From: Desulfosudaceae bacterium
GTDB taxonomy: Bacteria > Desulfobacterota > Desulfobacteria > Desulfobacterales > Desulfosudaceae
Assembly (NCBI GenBank): GCA_963674745.2
Contig: CAXXDV010000003.1
Coordinates: 736,001 to 800,000, forward strand
Length of the DNA stretch: 64,000 nucleotides
Direction of reading: 5' to 3'
The translations under genes were made by a program, and so were the position numbers. Below, in pieces: positions 29,149 through 39,274 of the stretch (position 1 is the first letter of the stretch; each line of letters opens with the position of its first letter). Under the pieces are notes generated by a model, which worked only from the letters and a program-made list of their open reading frames with translations, was not told the DNA's origin and searched no databases.

Positions 29149-30222
29149 TTATTTCCTGCAGAAATAATGCAGGTTGAAACTGTCTTCGGGTACGGGGGTA
29201 ACGTGGCAATCCGTGAATCCGGCCGACTGGAGCATTTCTATCGCCAGCTGTTTTCCCCACATCATACCCAGCCCCCGGCCGTTGTCGGCCAGCCCCACCG
29301 GCAGGCAGTGCATGAGGCTGACGGTATACAGGAACGGGCCCATGGGGTGTGACAGGTTCTCAGAAAGACGGGTGTCGGCCGCAATATCCACCATGGAAAA
29401 GGCACCCCCGGGTTTGAGCATGGCGTAAACGCCGAGCAGCGCCTCCTGAGGCCGGTTCTGATCATGAATGGCATCAAAGGCGGTTATGTAATCAAACGAG
29501 GCTTCATATTTTTTCCATGTCTCCGCGTCGGCGGCGTCCAGGTGGTGGAATTCAATATTTTCCAGTCCTTTTTCCGCGGCCCGCTGGCCGGCCAGTTGAA
29601 TCACTTCCCGCGACAGGTCGATGCCGACAAATGTGCTGGCGGGAAAGGCTTCGGCCATCAGTATCAGGGCCACGCCCTCGGCGCACCCCAGGTCACAGAC
29701 CCGGATACCCTCTGTCAACCGTTCCATCATGCGGCCATCATCCACCGAGGGTAGAAATACATTTACCAGAACGGCCTGGTGTTTGGCATTGGCCAGCTGG
29801 GTCATGAAGGCCTGAAACCGGGGGTAGTGCTCATAAGCGACGCCCTGTCCGGTGTGAAAGCCATCAAACACCGGCTCCATGGCACACTGGGTGAGGAGAG
29901 GGATTTCCTGGGTATATACGCCCAGGTTGGCGTTGCCCGCCCGCCGGGTCAGCAAATCGGCATGGGCCGGCGGCAGAAAGAACAGGTCCGTTCCCTCGGG
30001 GCTTTCTGACAGTTCGATAATTTCACCGGTTACCATGACACCCAGCCATTCGCGCACATAGCGCTGGTTAAGGCCGGCCTTTTGGACAATAACGCTTACC
30101 GGTTGCGGCGTTTCAAACGTATCCATGACATCAAAGAGCCGGGTGCGATAACCCAAAGCCATGGCCAGATTCAAAGAACCGTAATTTAATATGTCCGTCA
30201 TTTTTTCCGCGAATGTTTTCAT
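29149..30222 (-). CDS. Class I SAM-dependent methyltransferase with N-terminal winged helix (Rv2258c-like)
   Basis: RYVREWL, VCDLGCAEG, FDAIHDQ, LKPGG, YTVSLMHC, GLGMMWG. Confidence 0.85.
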   Translation of the reverse strand: MKTFAEKMTDILNYGSLNLAMALGYRTRLFDVMDTFETPQPVSVIVQKAGLNQRYVREWLGVMVTGEIIELSESPEGTDLFFLPPAHADLLTRRAGNANLGVYTQEIPLLTQCAMEPVFDGFHTGQGVAYEHYPRFQAFMTQLANAKHQAVLVNVFLPSVDDGRMMERLTEGIRVCDLGCAEGVALILMAEAFPASTFVGIDLSREVIQLAGQRAAEKGLENIEFHHLDAADAETWKKYEASFDYITAFDAIHDQNRPQEALLGVYAMLKPGGAFSMVDIAADTRLSENLSHPMGPFLYTVSLMHCLPVGLADNGRGLGMMWGKQLAIEMLQSAGFTDCHVTPVPEDSFNLHYFCRK

Positions 30223-30302
30223 CGAACCTCCATTCCGGTTATCCTTTTTATGCTTTTCCTTAAATGGCCTATTCTCAGGCAGCCAACCCGGGAAATTTCT
30301 GA

Positions 30303-30830
30303 TTAATCTTCTTGTGGGGAAAAGGCCTGTTTATCTTTTGTGGCAACAACGATCAACAGCAGGATATTGGCAACAATCCAGAGCAGGCTGCCCACGATCA
30401 AGCCCATTCCCATGAATGACAGGACGGCCATGAACAATATCGATTTCAGCAGGCTGAAACCAATGGAAACGCCCGCGGCCGTATAAAACAACCGGATGGC
30501 CGTGGGGCTGATCTGAAGAAGCCGTATACAGGAAAAAATATAAAATATGCATACCGCAGTCGAGGCGACACCGGTAATCAGGCAGAATGTATTGAACCAG
30601 TCGGGGATGTCCCACATCTGTTCCATCCGCTGCATCATTTCCGCTGGAGGCATCTGATCGGGATCGGTGATATCGTATTCTTCCATGGACGTCTTCGTAT
30701 CCGTCCAGAGATTTTTCTGAATGTCGATCATTTTGGGCGTCATAATTGTCAGCCCGCCCCCGAAAAATCCCAGGCACCCGATAAGGATGCCGATCACGCC
30801 AACCATCGTTGCCCATGTCGGTCGTTTCAT
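30303..30830 (-). CDS. Hypothetical membrane protein
   Basis: About four hydrophobic segments; AAGGGA upstream; same strand as neighbours. Confidence 0.7.
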   Translation of the reverse strand: MKRPTWATMVGVIGILIGCLGFFGGGLTIMTPKMIDIQKNLWTDTKTSMEEYDITDPDQMPPAEMMQRMEQMWDIPDWFNTFCLITGVASTAVCIFYIFSCIRLLQISPTAIRLFYTAAGVSIGFSLLKSILFMAVLSFMGMGLIVGSLLWIVANILLLIVVATKDKQAFSPQED

Positions 30831-30860
30831 TTAAAAAGTCCCTTCTTGCCTGTTCGCCGA

Positions 30861-31739
30861 TCAATTATTGCCAAGCAGAAATTTCAGCGGTATATGCACC
30901 CGTTTCCGCCAGGCCCGTTCGGAATGCGCCGCCCCTTCGAAACAATGTGTTACCCAATCCTGATTTTGGCCATATCCCTTGGCTCGCATTATCTTATCGA
31001 CTTTTGTTTGATAGGGTTCATACAGGGCGTCCAGCGTTTTTGTGCCGTGATCAAAATAGATCCGATGCCTTCCCGGTTCCGGAAGGGCATCTTTCAAATA
31101 TTCCACCATGACGCCGTCACCGGCCGGCCAGTGCGTGGAAAGGCAGCCCGCACCACCGAACACTTCCGGGTACTCACACAGGGCGTAAAGAGAAAGGAGC
31201 GCGCCCATACTTGACCCCATGATAAAAGTATGTTCCCGTCCAATAAGGGTGGTGAATTCACCATCTATCATCGGTTTTAACTCTTCTGTCAAAAAATGCA
31301 GGTATTGATCGGAAACCGGCGGGCCGCCGTTTTCGCTAACAAAACGGGCTGTGCTCTCCTGGTCGGCCATTTCCATGGCTTTCCGGGGCATATACTCCCG
31401 GAACCGCCGGGCCGTGTCCCAGACGCCGACAACAACCGCCGGCGGGATATCACCGCTGTCCGTCAGGCGCGTCACCGCCCGATCCATGGCCCAGATTTCA
31501 CCGCCATTGGAGACGTACGGGTCAAACAGATTATGCCCGTCCTGCATGTAAATCACCGGCAATGAACGCTTTCCGTCATATTGGGGCGGAAGCCAGATGT
31601 CGACATGTCGCGAGGCAACAAACGCCGAAGAGACATGTTCGTATCGTTTTAATGTGCCGGTCATGGTTTTATGCACGATGCCCTGCCTTCCATCAATTAT
31701 CGGTTTCTGATTCTGGACGATATTTATTTCTCCTGCCAA
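30861..31739 (-). CDS. Esterase, alpha/beta hydrolase family
   Basis: IWLPPQY, YMQDGHNLF, GSSMGA, YFDHGT, AAHSERAW; true start may be 31664. Confidence 0.85.
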   Translation of the reverse strand: MAGEINIVQNQKPIIDGRQGIVHKTMTGTLKRYEHVSSAFVASRHVDIWLPPQYDGKRSLPVIYMQDGHNLFDPYVSNGGEIWAMDRAVTRLTDSGDIPPAVVVGVWDTARRFREYMPRKAMEMADQESTARFVSENGGPPVSDQYLHFLTEELKPMIDGEFTTLIGREHTFIMGSSMGALLSLYALCEYPEVFGGAGCLSTHWPAGDGVMVEYLKDALPEPGRHRIYFDHGTKTLDALYEPYQTKVDKIMRAKGYGQNQDWVTHCFEGAAHSERAWRKRVHIPLKFLLGNN

Positions 31740-31924
31740 TTACAAGCGAATTTATAAAAACAGCCTCCGGAACAGCGTATTGATAAAATGCCTGTGTCGT
31801 CAATAATATGGCTATACTTTTTGATCATGATATCGTATAATAAAAAAAATTATTCAAAAGAATCCGTCAGGGCTCATTCTAAAAAAGGCCGTTAGCAACA
31901 ACATTCAAATCCAGGCCGGGCATC

Positions 31925-33325
31925 ATGACCAGACCTATCCGCAATGAAAAAGACAGCCTGGGGGAAAAAGAAATTCCACAGGACAAGTATTACGGTATTC
32001 AGACGGTTCGCGCTGCGGAGAATTTTCCTGTTTCCGGCGTCCCCAACCACGCCGGTATTATCAATGCTTACGCTGTGATCAAAAAAGCGGCGGCCCTGGC
32101 CAACATGGAGGTCGGCTGGCTCGATGAGGCCGTCGGTCAGGCCATTGTCCAGGCAGCAGACGAGGTGTTGGCCGGCGAGATGGCCGATCAGTTTATCGTG
32201 GACCAGTTCCAGGCCGGGGCCGGTACATCGACCAACATGAACGTAAACGAGGTACTTGCCAACCGTGCCCTGGAAATTATCGGCCAGGAGCGGGGCCGTT
32301 ACGATGTTATTTCTCCCAATGATCATGTCAACATGGCCCAGTCCACCAACGACACCTTCCCCACGGCCATGCACATAGCGGTTTACACCGAGGCCATGGC
32401 GCTGGTTGAGGTGCTTGAATCACTGGCGCTTGCTTTCAGCGATAAGTCACAGGAATTTGACCGGTTCATCAAGCCCGGAAGGACCCATTTGCAGGATGCC
32501 ATGCCGGTTACACTGGGTATGGAGTTTACCGCCTATGCCGCTGCTTTGGACAGAAGCGGTCAGAATCTGACCCAGCGGGCGGCCGGACTGCTGGCGCTTC
32601 CCCTGGGAGGGACTGCCACCGGAACGGGTATTAACACCCATCCGGAATACAGGGATAGGGCCGTTACCCATATCGCCCGGATTACCAATCAACCGTTTAC
32701 CGCCAACCCGCAGATGCGTGAAGCCATGCAATCCATGACCCGGGTGGTGGCGGTTTCATCTGTCTGCCGTGAGCTGGCCGTTGATCTTTGCCGCATTGCC
32801 AATGATCTGCGGCTGATGGCGTCCGGGCCCACCGCCGGGCTGGCGGACATCGAGCTTCCGGCCGTTCAGCCGGGATCGTCGATTATGCCGGGTAAGGTCA
32901 ATCCGGTCATGGCCGAGTGTCTGAACATGATCTGCTTTGTGGTTATGGGTAATGACGCGGCAGTTGCCCAGGCCGGAGCCGCCGGGCAGATGGAACTGAA
33001 CGTCATGATGCCGATGATGGCCAACGTTCTGTTGAGAACATTCGACTACCTGATCAATTATCTGCCGGTGTTTGAAACAAAATGCGTACAGGGAATTACG
33101 GCCAATGCCGACCGGTTGAAAGAACGGGTGATGCAGAATCCCGCTTTGGCCACATTGCTCAACCGGAAAATCGGATACCTGGCGGCAGCCAAAGTCGCCA
33201 AGGAGTCGATCAGGACCGGTCGGCCGGTGGCTGAATTGGTGGTGACAAACGGCTTGCTTTCCCGGGCCGAGGCGGATGAGTTGTTCAGCCTGGAAGCCAT
33301 GGTCAATCGATCTTTCGAGAAATGA
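31925..33325 (+). CDS. aspA: Aspartate ammonia-lyase (fumarase/aspartase family)
   Basis: YYGIQTVRAAENF, GAGTSTNMN.NEV, QSTND.FPTA, GRTHLQDA, GSSIMPGKVNP; FumC not excluded. Confidence 0.75.
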   Translation: MTRPIRNEKDSLGEKEIPQDKYYGIQTVRAAENFPVSGVPNHAGIINAYAVIKKAAALANMEVGWLDEAVGQAIVQAADEVLAGEMADQFIVDQFQAGAGTSTNMNVNEVLANRALEIIGQERGRYDVISPNDHVNMAQSTNDTFPTAMHIAVYTEAMALVEVLESLALAFSDKSQEFDRFIKPGRTHLQDAMPVTLGMEFTAYAAALDRSGQNLTQRAAGLLALPLGGTATGTGINTHPEYRDRAVTHIARITNQPFTANPQMREAMQSMTRVVAVSSVCRELAVDLCRIANDLRLMASGPTAGLADIELPAVQPGSSIMPGKVNPVMAECLNMICFVVMGNDAAVAQAGAAGQMELNVMMPMMANVLLRTFDYLINYLPVFETKCVQGITANADRLKERVMQNPALATLLNRKIGYLAAAKVAKESIRTGRPVAELVVTNGLLSRAEADELFSLEAMVNRSFEK

Positions 33326-33505
33326 AAAGACGCCCGGACAGGACGGGTGATGATAAGGGTATTTTGAAGAATATACGATGGATGGAGACGGCTGGATGTG
33401 AGGGGAGGGCCTTTTGTCCGGGCCCGGTCAGGTTCGCCATCCAATTCCGGACCATGGTCCGGAAAAATCTGACCGGGTAACCGGATAAAACCTGGAGGCG
33501 TAAGT

Positions 33506-34420
33506 ATGGATAGAAGAACTTTTTTAAAACAGGTGGCCCTTTGGTATGCTGGGGTTGTTACGACCGTGCCGGTGTTTCGACTGGTATCCGGGGCTATGGC
33601 TGAAACAACCGTCAAGCCGGAGATCATGGTTGCCAAAGGTGACGATTACGCCGGGATCACTGCCGCGGTTGTCGAAAAGATGGGCGGTATCAGCCGGTTT
33701 GTCAAAACCGGCGCCAGGGTTGTGGTAAAGCCGAACATCGGCTGGGACAGAAGACCGGAACAGGCAGCAGATACCCATCCACTGGTGGTGCGGGCCCTGG
33801 TTGAAATGGCGCTTGATGCCGGTGCTGCTTCCGTCCAGGTGTTTGACCGGACCTGCAATGAGGAAAGACGATGCTACCAGAACAGCGGTATCAAGCCGGA
33901 ACTGGAAAAAATCAAAGACAAACGTGTCAAATGTGAATTTATCGATGACCGCAAGTTTGTGCCGGTCAAAATCGAACATGGGCGGGCGCTTCGTGAGTGG
34001 TCGTTTTATAAAGACGCCCTGGAGGCGGACTGCTATATCAATGTGCCCATAGCCAAGCATCACGGCCTGTCCGGCCTGACGCTGGGGCTGAAAAACGTCA
34101 TGGGGGTCATTGGCGGCCGGCGGGGAAAAATCCATCATGACATGGCCCAGAACCTGGCTGATCTGAACACGGTTATCCGGCCGACATTGACCGTGGTGGA
34201 TGCCACCCGTATGCTGTTGAGAAGCGGACCCCAGGGAGGGAGTCTGGATGATGTCAGCGTGCGCAACACGGTGCTGGCTTCGACCGATCCCGTGGCTACC
34301 GATGCCTATGCCACCACGCTTTTTGATGTCAAACCCGATATGCTGCCTTCCACGGTGGCGGCTTATAAGATGGGCCTGGGGGAGATGGATCTTGGCAAAT
34401 GCCGCGTCACTGAACTGTAA
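33506..34420 (+). CDS. Tat-exported DUF362 Fe-S protein
   Basis: DRRTFLK twin-arginine signal; VVVKPNI.W, INVPIAKHH, LGLKNVMG, DPVATD. Confidence 0.85.
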   Translation: MDRRTFLKQVALWYAGVVTTVPVFRLVSGAMAETTVKPEIMVAKGDDYAGITAAVVEKMGGISRFVKTGARVVVKPNIGWDRRPEQAADTHPLVVRALVEMALDAGAASVQVFDRTCNEERRCYQNSGIKPELEKIKDKRVKCEFIDDRKFVPVKIEHGRALREWSFYKDALEADCYINVPIAKHHGLSGLTLGLKNVMGVIGGRRGKIHHDMAQNLADLNTVIRPTLTVVDATRMLLRSGPQGGSLDDVSVRNTVLASTDPVATDAYATTLFDVKPDMLPSTVAAYKMGLGEMDLGKCRVTEL

Positions 34421-34422
34421 AG

Positions 34423-35976
34423 ATGAATAAAAAGGTGTTCACCCGCCGGGCGCGGCAGGTCTGTCAGCTCTTGTTTCTGGCGCTGTTTTTGTTTCTTTTC
34501 CGGCAGACCGATTACACCGGTCAGGACACGATTCCTTACGCGGTCAATATTTTTTTCCGATGGGACCCGCTGGTGGCGGCCACGGTGACGTTGGCCACCC
34601 GTACGTTGATATTTTTGCTGCTTCCCGCCTTTTTTGTTGTCGGGTTGACGGTTCTTTTCGGCCGGGTTTTCTGCGGCTGGATCTGCCCCCTGGGTACGCT
34701 GCTGGACGGTGCCGGTCATGTGATCAAGCCGGTTCGGCATCCCGTCCGCCCCAAACGTTATTTGAAATACATTGTTCTGACAATCGTCCTGGTATCGGCG
34801 GGATTTGGTATGCAGCTGGCCGGGTGGGTGGATCCGTTCGCCATCCTGGTCCGTGGAATGGTGATTGCCGTCGACCCGCTGGTTAACGCTCTGGTGACAT
34901 CCGGGTTTGACGCCATTTATTTCCATGGCCCGGATTGGATGACGGCTGTCAGTGAACCCGTGTATGATGTTTTCAAGGATGTTGTTCTGCCTTACAAGCA
35001 GTCCTATTTTTTGTGGCCGGTGATTTCTTTTGCCATTCTGGCCGGGGTTTTCGCCCTGGAAATCCTGGGCAGGCGTTTCTGGTGCCGGAATGTCTGTCCG
35101 CTGGGCGCCATGCTGGCCCTGATTTCACGGTTTTCTTTTTTCCGGCGCAAGCCTTTAATGGCCTGTAAAGGGTGTGGCGATTGCAGGGAAAAATGCCGCA
35201 TGCAGGCCTTTGATGACAGGCACCGCATGATGGCCGAAGAATGTAGCCTCTGTCTGGATTGCCTTGAATTCTGCCCCAAAAAAATCACCACCTTCAAATT
35301 TTCCATGCCGGTCAACAAAGCGCCCATGGATGTGCCCCGGCGTCATCTGCTCGGGGCCGGGTTGACCGGTTTGTTTCTGCCGGTTCTGGTAAAACTTGAT
35401 GCCAAAGCCGGTAACCCTTCGAACCGCATACTAAGACCCCCCGGCGCCCTGAAAGAAACCGACTTTCTTAAAACCTGCGTGCGATGCGGTGAGTGCATGA
35501 AAGTCTGTATTCAAAACGCGCTTCAGCCGGTCTTTTTTGAACAGGGGCTGGACGGTATCTTCACCCCCCGGCTGGTGCCCCGGCTGGGATACTGTGAATT
35601 CAACTGCACCCTGTGCGGTCAGGTCTGTCCCACCGGCGCCCTCGAACAACTGCCCCTGGCTGAAAAACATGCCTTTGTCATCGGGCGGGCGGTGTTTGAC
35701 AAAAATCGTTGCCTGCCCTATGCCGCGGCCACTCCCTGTATCGTCTGTGAAGAACATTGTCCTACCTCGGAAAAAGCCATCCAGTTCGAGCAGGTGAGGG
35801 CCACCGGCCCGGATGGCCGAACGGTAATGCTCAAACGGCCTTTTGTGGTGATTGATCGTTGTATCGGCTGTGGTATCTGCGAAAAGGTATGCCCGGTACC
35901 CGGCCCGGCGGCGGTTCGGGTATATCCGGCAGACGTGGAGCAGTCTGCGTCGTTACTGTCTGGGTATGGTTACTGA
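34423..35976 (+). CDS. Membrane polyferredoxin (NapH/MauN-like + NapG/MauM-like fusion)
   Basis: GRVFCGWICPLG, RFWCRNVCPLG, LRPPGA...CVRCGECMKVC, several further Cys clusters. Confidence 0.85.
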   Translation: MNKKVFTRRARQVCQLLFLALFLFLFRQTDYTGQDTIPYAVNIFFRWDPLVAATVTLATRTLIFLLLPAFFVVGLTVLFGRVFCGWICPLGTLLDGAGHVIKPVRHPVRPKRYLKYIVLTIVLVSAGFGMQLAGWVDPFAILVRGMVIAVDPLVNALVTSGFDAIYFHGPDWMTAVSEPVYDVFKDVVLPYKQSYFLWPVISFAILAGVFALEILGRRFWCRNVCPLGAMLALISRFSFFRRKPLMACKGCGDCREKCRMQAFDDRHRMMAEECSLCLDCLEFCPKKITTFKFSMPVNKAPMDVPRRHLLGAGLTGLFLPVLVKLDAKAGNPSNRILRPPGALKETDFLKTCVRCGECMKVCIQNALQPVFFEQGLDGIFTPRLVPRLGYCEFNCTLCGQVCPTGALEQLPLAEKHAFVIGRAVFDKNRCLPYAAATPCIVCEEHCPTSEKAIQFEQVRATGPDGRTVMLKRPFVVIDRCIGCGICEKVCPVPGPAAVRVYPADVEQSASLLSGYGY

Positions 35977-37509
35977 CGGGAAACGGGATACGTCCGTGTG
36001 GGGCAGGAACTTCGCAGCGCTGAAGCGGTTCATGAAATCCTGGTTGACGTTCAGTTCCAGATAGGTCAGCCGGTCCGTTATCCCTGGTATTTGCTCGATC
36101 GACGTTCGGTCGGTCAGAACCATGGTCGCTCCTTCCAGGGAACTGTTGCCGAGCACGTTGAATATGGACAACGGCAAATCCGGCAGCATACCGATGGCGA
36201 TGGCTGAACGGGGATTGATGAACGAACCGAATGTGCCGGCCACGTTAAAGGTGTTGATGTCGGAAAAGGTCAGGCCGACCGTTGTGGTCAGGGTTCTTAA
36301 TATGGTATACATGGCCGCCTTGGAGCGGATCAGGTTGTCGATGTCGGGCTGGCTCAGGCTGAGGGCTTTATCGGTGGCAGAGGATTCTTCCGGAACGACC
36401 ACAAATTCTTTGATGCCGTCCTTGTTTTTGATCCGGCCATGCCGGTCTTCGGTCAACTTGCCGCGGATGTCGATAATGCCGGCCTGAAACAGCCCGGCAA
36501 CCAGGTCGATAAAGGCCGAACCGCAGATACCCCGGGGAGGCAGGTTGTCGATGGTTTCCATGGTCAGCAATTGCGTTTCGGGATCAAGCTCAAGGCGGTG
36601 AATCACGCCCGGGCCGGCCTTGGCCCCGATTTCCGTTACCCCGCCTTCTAAGGCCGGTCCGGCCGCGCCGGCACAGGCGATCAGCCAGTCTTTATTGCCC
36701 AGCACGACTTCGGCGTTGGTACCGACGTCGACCAGCAGCATGGTCTGTTCGCTTTCGGCCATACCGGAATAAAGGATTCCGGAAACGAGATCACCACCGA
36801 AGTAACTGCCGATATTGGGAAACCCATAGATTTCGGCCAACGGGGCGGCTGATATGCCGATGTCTGCGGCCTTAATCATGCCCGGGTGGTTACAGGCCGG
36901 AATGTAAGGCTCGCGAATGATCCAGTGCGGGTTGAGTTTCAAAAAAAAATGGGTCATGGTGGTGTTGCCGGCCACGGCCAGAAGATAAAGTTTTTCCGCA
37001 GACAGGCCGCAGACGGCGCACAATTCATTAATGGCGTTGTTTAACCCTTCTACGATCACCTGATGCATCTGTTCCAGGCCGCCGGGTTCCCGGTCGGTAA
37101 AATGAATACGGGTCAGGATATCATCACCGAAGGCGGTCTGCGGATTCTCAAACGACGTTTCCGCCAGCGCCTGTCCGGTTTCAAGCTCGATCAGCCGGGT
37201 AACCACCCTGGTCGTGCCGAGATCAACGGCCAGGCCGGTGATCGGCGTTTCATCCGCGGCGTCGGTTACGCCGATCAGGCGTGTGATCGTGCCATCGGAG
37301 AACAGAACGCAACGGACATCATAATGCCATTGTCGAAGGTTATCAGGAAGCAGACGGATCAGTTCTATATCCGCTACCATATTTTTGACATGAAACTTTT
37401 TTTTCAGGGTGTTCAGCAGCCGGTCCGTGTCGGCCAGGTTATCGGACAGGGAGGGAGGCGAAAGCGTGATGCGTTCAACCCAGGAGGCGCTTGGCGTTGT
37501 CATACCCAT
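35953..37509 (-). CDS. ASKHA-domain (DUF4445) corrinoid reductive-activator-like ATPase
   Basis: GLAVDLGTT, NPQ..FG.DI.TRI, AGNTTM, DVGTNAE, AAGPALEG, GICGS, AG.FG, GNSSL.GA; no N-terminal 2Fe-2S motif. Confidence 0.85.
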   Translation of the reverse strand: MGMTTPSASWVERITLSPPSLSDNLADTDRLLNTLKKKFHVKNMVADIELIRLLPDNLRQWHYDVRCVLFSDGTITRLIGVTDAADETPITGLAVDLGTTRVVTRLIELETGQALAETSFENPQTAFGDDILTRIHFTDREPGGLEQMHQVIVEGLNNAINELCAVCGLSAEKLYLLAVAGNTTMTHFFLKLNPHWIIREPYIPACNHPGMIKAADIGISAAPLAEIYGFPNIGSYFGGDLVSGILYSGMAESEQTMLLVDVGTNAEVVLGNKDWLIACAGAAGPALEGGVTEIGAKAGPGVIHRLELDPETQLLTMETIDNLPPRGICGSAFIDLVAGLFQAGIIDIRGKLTEDRHGRIKNKDGIKEFVVVPEESSATDKALSLSQPDIDNLIRSKAAMYTILRTLTTTVGLTFSDINTFNVAGTFGSFINPRSAIAIGMLPDLPLSIFNVLGNSSLEGATMVLTDRTSIEQIPGITDRLTYLELNVNQDFMNRFSAAKFLPHTDVSRFPSVTIPRQ

Positions 37510-37518
37510 GCCACCGGA

Positions 37519-38358
37519 TTAAAGCTCAAATGACATACCGCAGTCAACAGCCACACATTGCAGGGATTTGCCCTGCTCATCAATAATGTTGTGGCAGACA
37601 TTCAGGATCGTATCCATCTGGCGGTCTGTCCGGTTCTGGTTGAGGTGAAAGAGGCCCAGGGTGGTCACATTGGCCTCGATGGCCAGAGAAAGCGTGTCGG
37701 TGTAAACCGAATGTCCCCAATCGATCTGGTTGTCGTATTCTTCCGGTGTATATTCGGCATCATGAATCAGAAGGTCCGCGTCCCGGGAAAATTCAAGATA
37801 GTCTTCGTAAGCCAGGCCGCCGTCATGGACGTAGCCAAGTTCATTGTCCGTCAGGAAAACAAATGTTTTACCGTCTTCGGTGAGCTTGTAACCGCTGCCG
37901 CCGCCGGGGTGACTGAGGTGGATGGGCATAATAGACACGGATCCGATCTGAAATTCATCGGGGCAGCCTTTTTTATAGTTGATACCGGCTTTGAGATCAT
38001 CGTATCGGATCGGGAAATGGGGTGGGGTCATAACTTTGGAGATCATCTGTTCGACATATTTTCCCGGATTGGGACAACGATAAACATCAATAACCGTATT
38101 TTCCAGAAAAAGCGGTTTGAAAAAAGGCAACCCCATCAGGTGGTCCCAATGGGCGTGGGTAAACAGCAGGTGATAGTGAAACCGCTGCTGTTCAACCAGC
38201 ATATTCCCCAGTCGGCGGATGCCGGTACCGGCATCAATGATGATAATATCATTGCTCTTGGTCGTAATTTGTATACAGGTGGTGTCACCGCCGTATTTAA
38301 TGTACTCAGGCCCCGACACCGGTATGGAGCCTCTTGATCCCCAGGATTTGATAATCAT
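37519..38358 (-). CDS. MBL-fold metallo-hydrolase
   Basis: WGSRGSIP, YGGDTTC, DAGTG, THAHWDH, TDNE, HDAEY, WGHS. Confidence 0.88.
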   Translation of the reverse strand: MIIKSWGSRGSIPVSGPEYIKYGGDTTCIQITTKSNDIIIIDAGTGIRRLGNMLVEQQRFHYHLLFTHAHWDHLMGLPFFKPLFLENTVIDVYRCPNPGKYVEQMISKVMTPPHFPIRYDDLKAGINYKKGCPDEFQIGSVSIMPIHLSHPGGGSGYKLTEDGKTFVFLTDNELGYVHDGGLAYEDYLEFSRDADLLIHDAEYTPEEYDNQIDWGHSVYTDTLSLAIEANVTTLGLFHLNQNRTDRQMDTILNVCHNIIDEQGKSLQCVAVDCGMSFEL

Positions 38359-38365
38359 TGAACCG

Positions 38366-39274
38366 TTACCTTAACTGGTTATGTCCTTGATCGGGTAGTT
38401 CAACCCCCTGTTTCCCCAAAATGGTGTACCAGATCTGATTACTATTCCAAATATTTAAAATGTCAACAGATAAATTATTTAATCGCTTGAGGATTTTTTT
38501 CACCGGTGTTCGCAGCAGGCCGGACAGGATGAACCACCGGCTGTTAAGAAACAGGGGTGAATCGATCAGCGTGTCCATAATCTCGTAGTGGATATTGGCC
38601 ATCAGCAGGTCAACCCGTTTATAAGCCGGTTCCATGGCCGAACCTTTTATAATCAGAACCCGATCGTTCACGTTATTAATCATAACATTGTGCCTGGCGG
38701 TTTGAGCCGCCAGCAAATTGTTGTCTACCCCGACAATTCTTTCAACGCCCCTTAATGCCGCGGCTATGGAAAGCATGCCGGTCCCCGTGCCGATATCAAG
38801 GGCCGTTTTTACATTTTTACTATTATAGCACATTAAGGACAATGCTTCAAGGCAGTCATGGGTTGTGGCATGAAACCCGCTGCCGAAAACCAGTCCCGGA
38901 TCCAGTAACAGGTGTGTGCCCTCGCTCGATTCGATCGGGGGATCCCAGGGCGGGTAGATATTAAATCCCCCGGCGGTAAGCGGCAGGCCGTCCATGGGTT
39001 GCCATTCCCTGTAAGGCATATCAAATATGTCGGCCAGGGTCAGCATCGGTCGCTCATTCAAGAATTTTCGAACCGCTTCTTCAGCCGGGGCAGTAAAAAA
39101 AAGAAACGAGCAGTCCGCTTCTTCCCAGTTGCCGATAAAGTCAGGGCCCAGATTCGCCTGGCAGGTATCCGCCCTGCCTTTAAGATAGTAGATATAAATA
39201 TGTTCGCCGGGAACAAGTGGTAGGGCTGTTCCGGTTTCTACCGGTTGCGACATTTGTCGGGCCGTGTTGTTCAT
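38366..39274 (-). CDS. PrmA-like SAM-dependent protein methyltransferase
   Basis: DPGLVFGSGFHATT, LDIGTGTGMLSI, ANI, ILSG; atypical N-terminus. Confidence 0.75.
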   Translation of the reverse strand: MNNTARQMSQPVETGTALPLVPGEHIYIYYLKGRADTCQANLGPDFIGNWEEADCSFLFFTAPAEEAVRKFLNERPMLTLADIFDMPYREWQPMDGLPLTAGGFNIYPPWDPPIESSEGTHLLLDPGLVFGSGFHATTHDCLEALSLMCYNSKNVKTALDIGTGTGMLSIAAALRGVERIVGVDNNLLAAQTARHNVMINNVNDRVLIIKGSAMEPAYKRVDLLMANIHYEIMDTLIDSPLFLNSRWFILSGLLRTPVKKILKRLNNLSVDILNIWNSNQIWYTILGKQGVELPDQGHNQLR

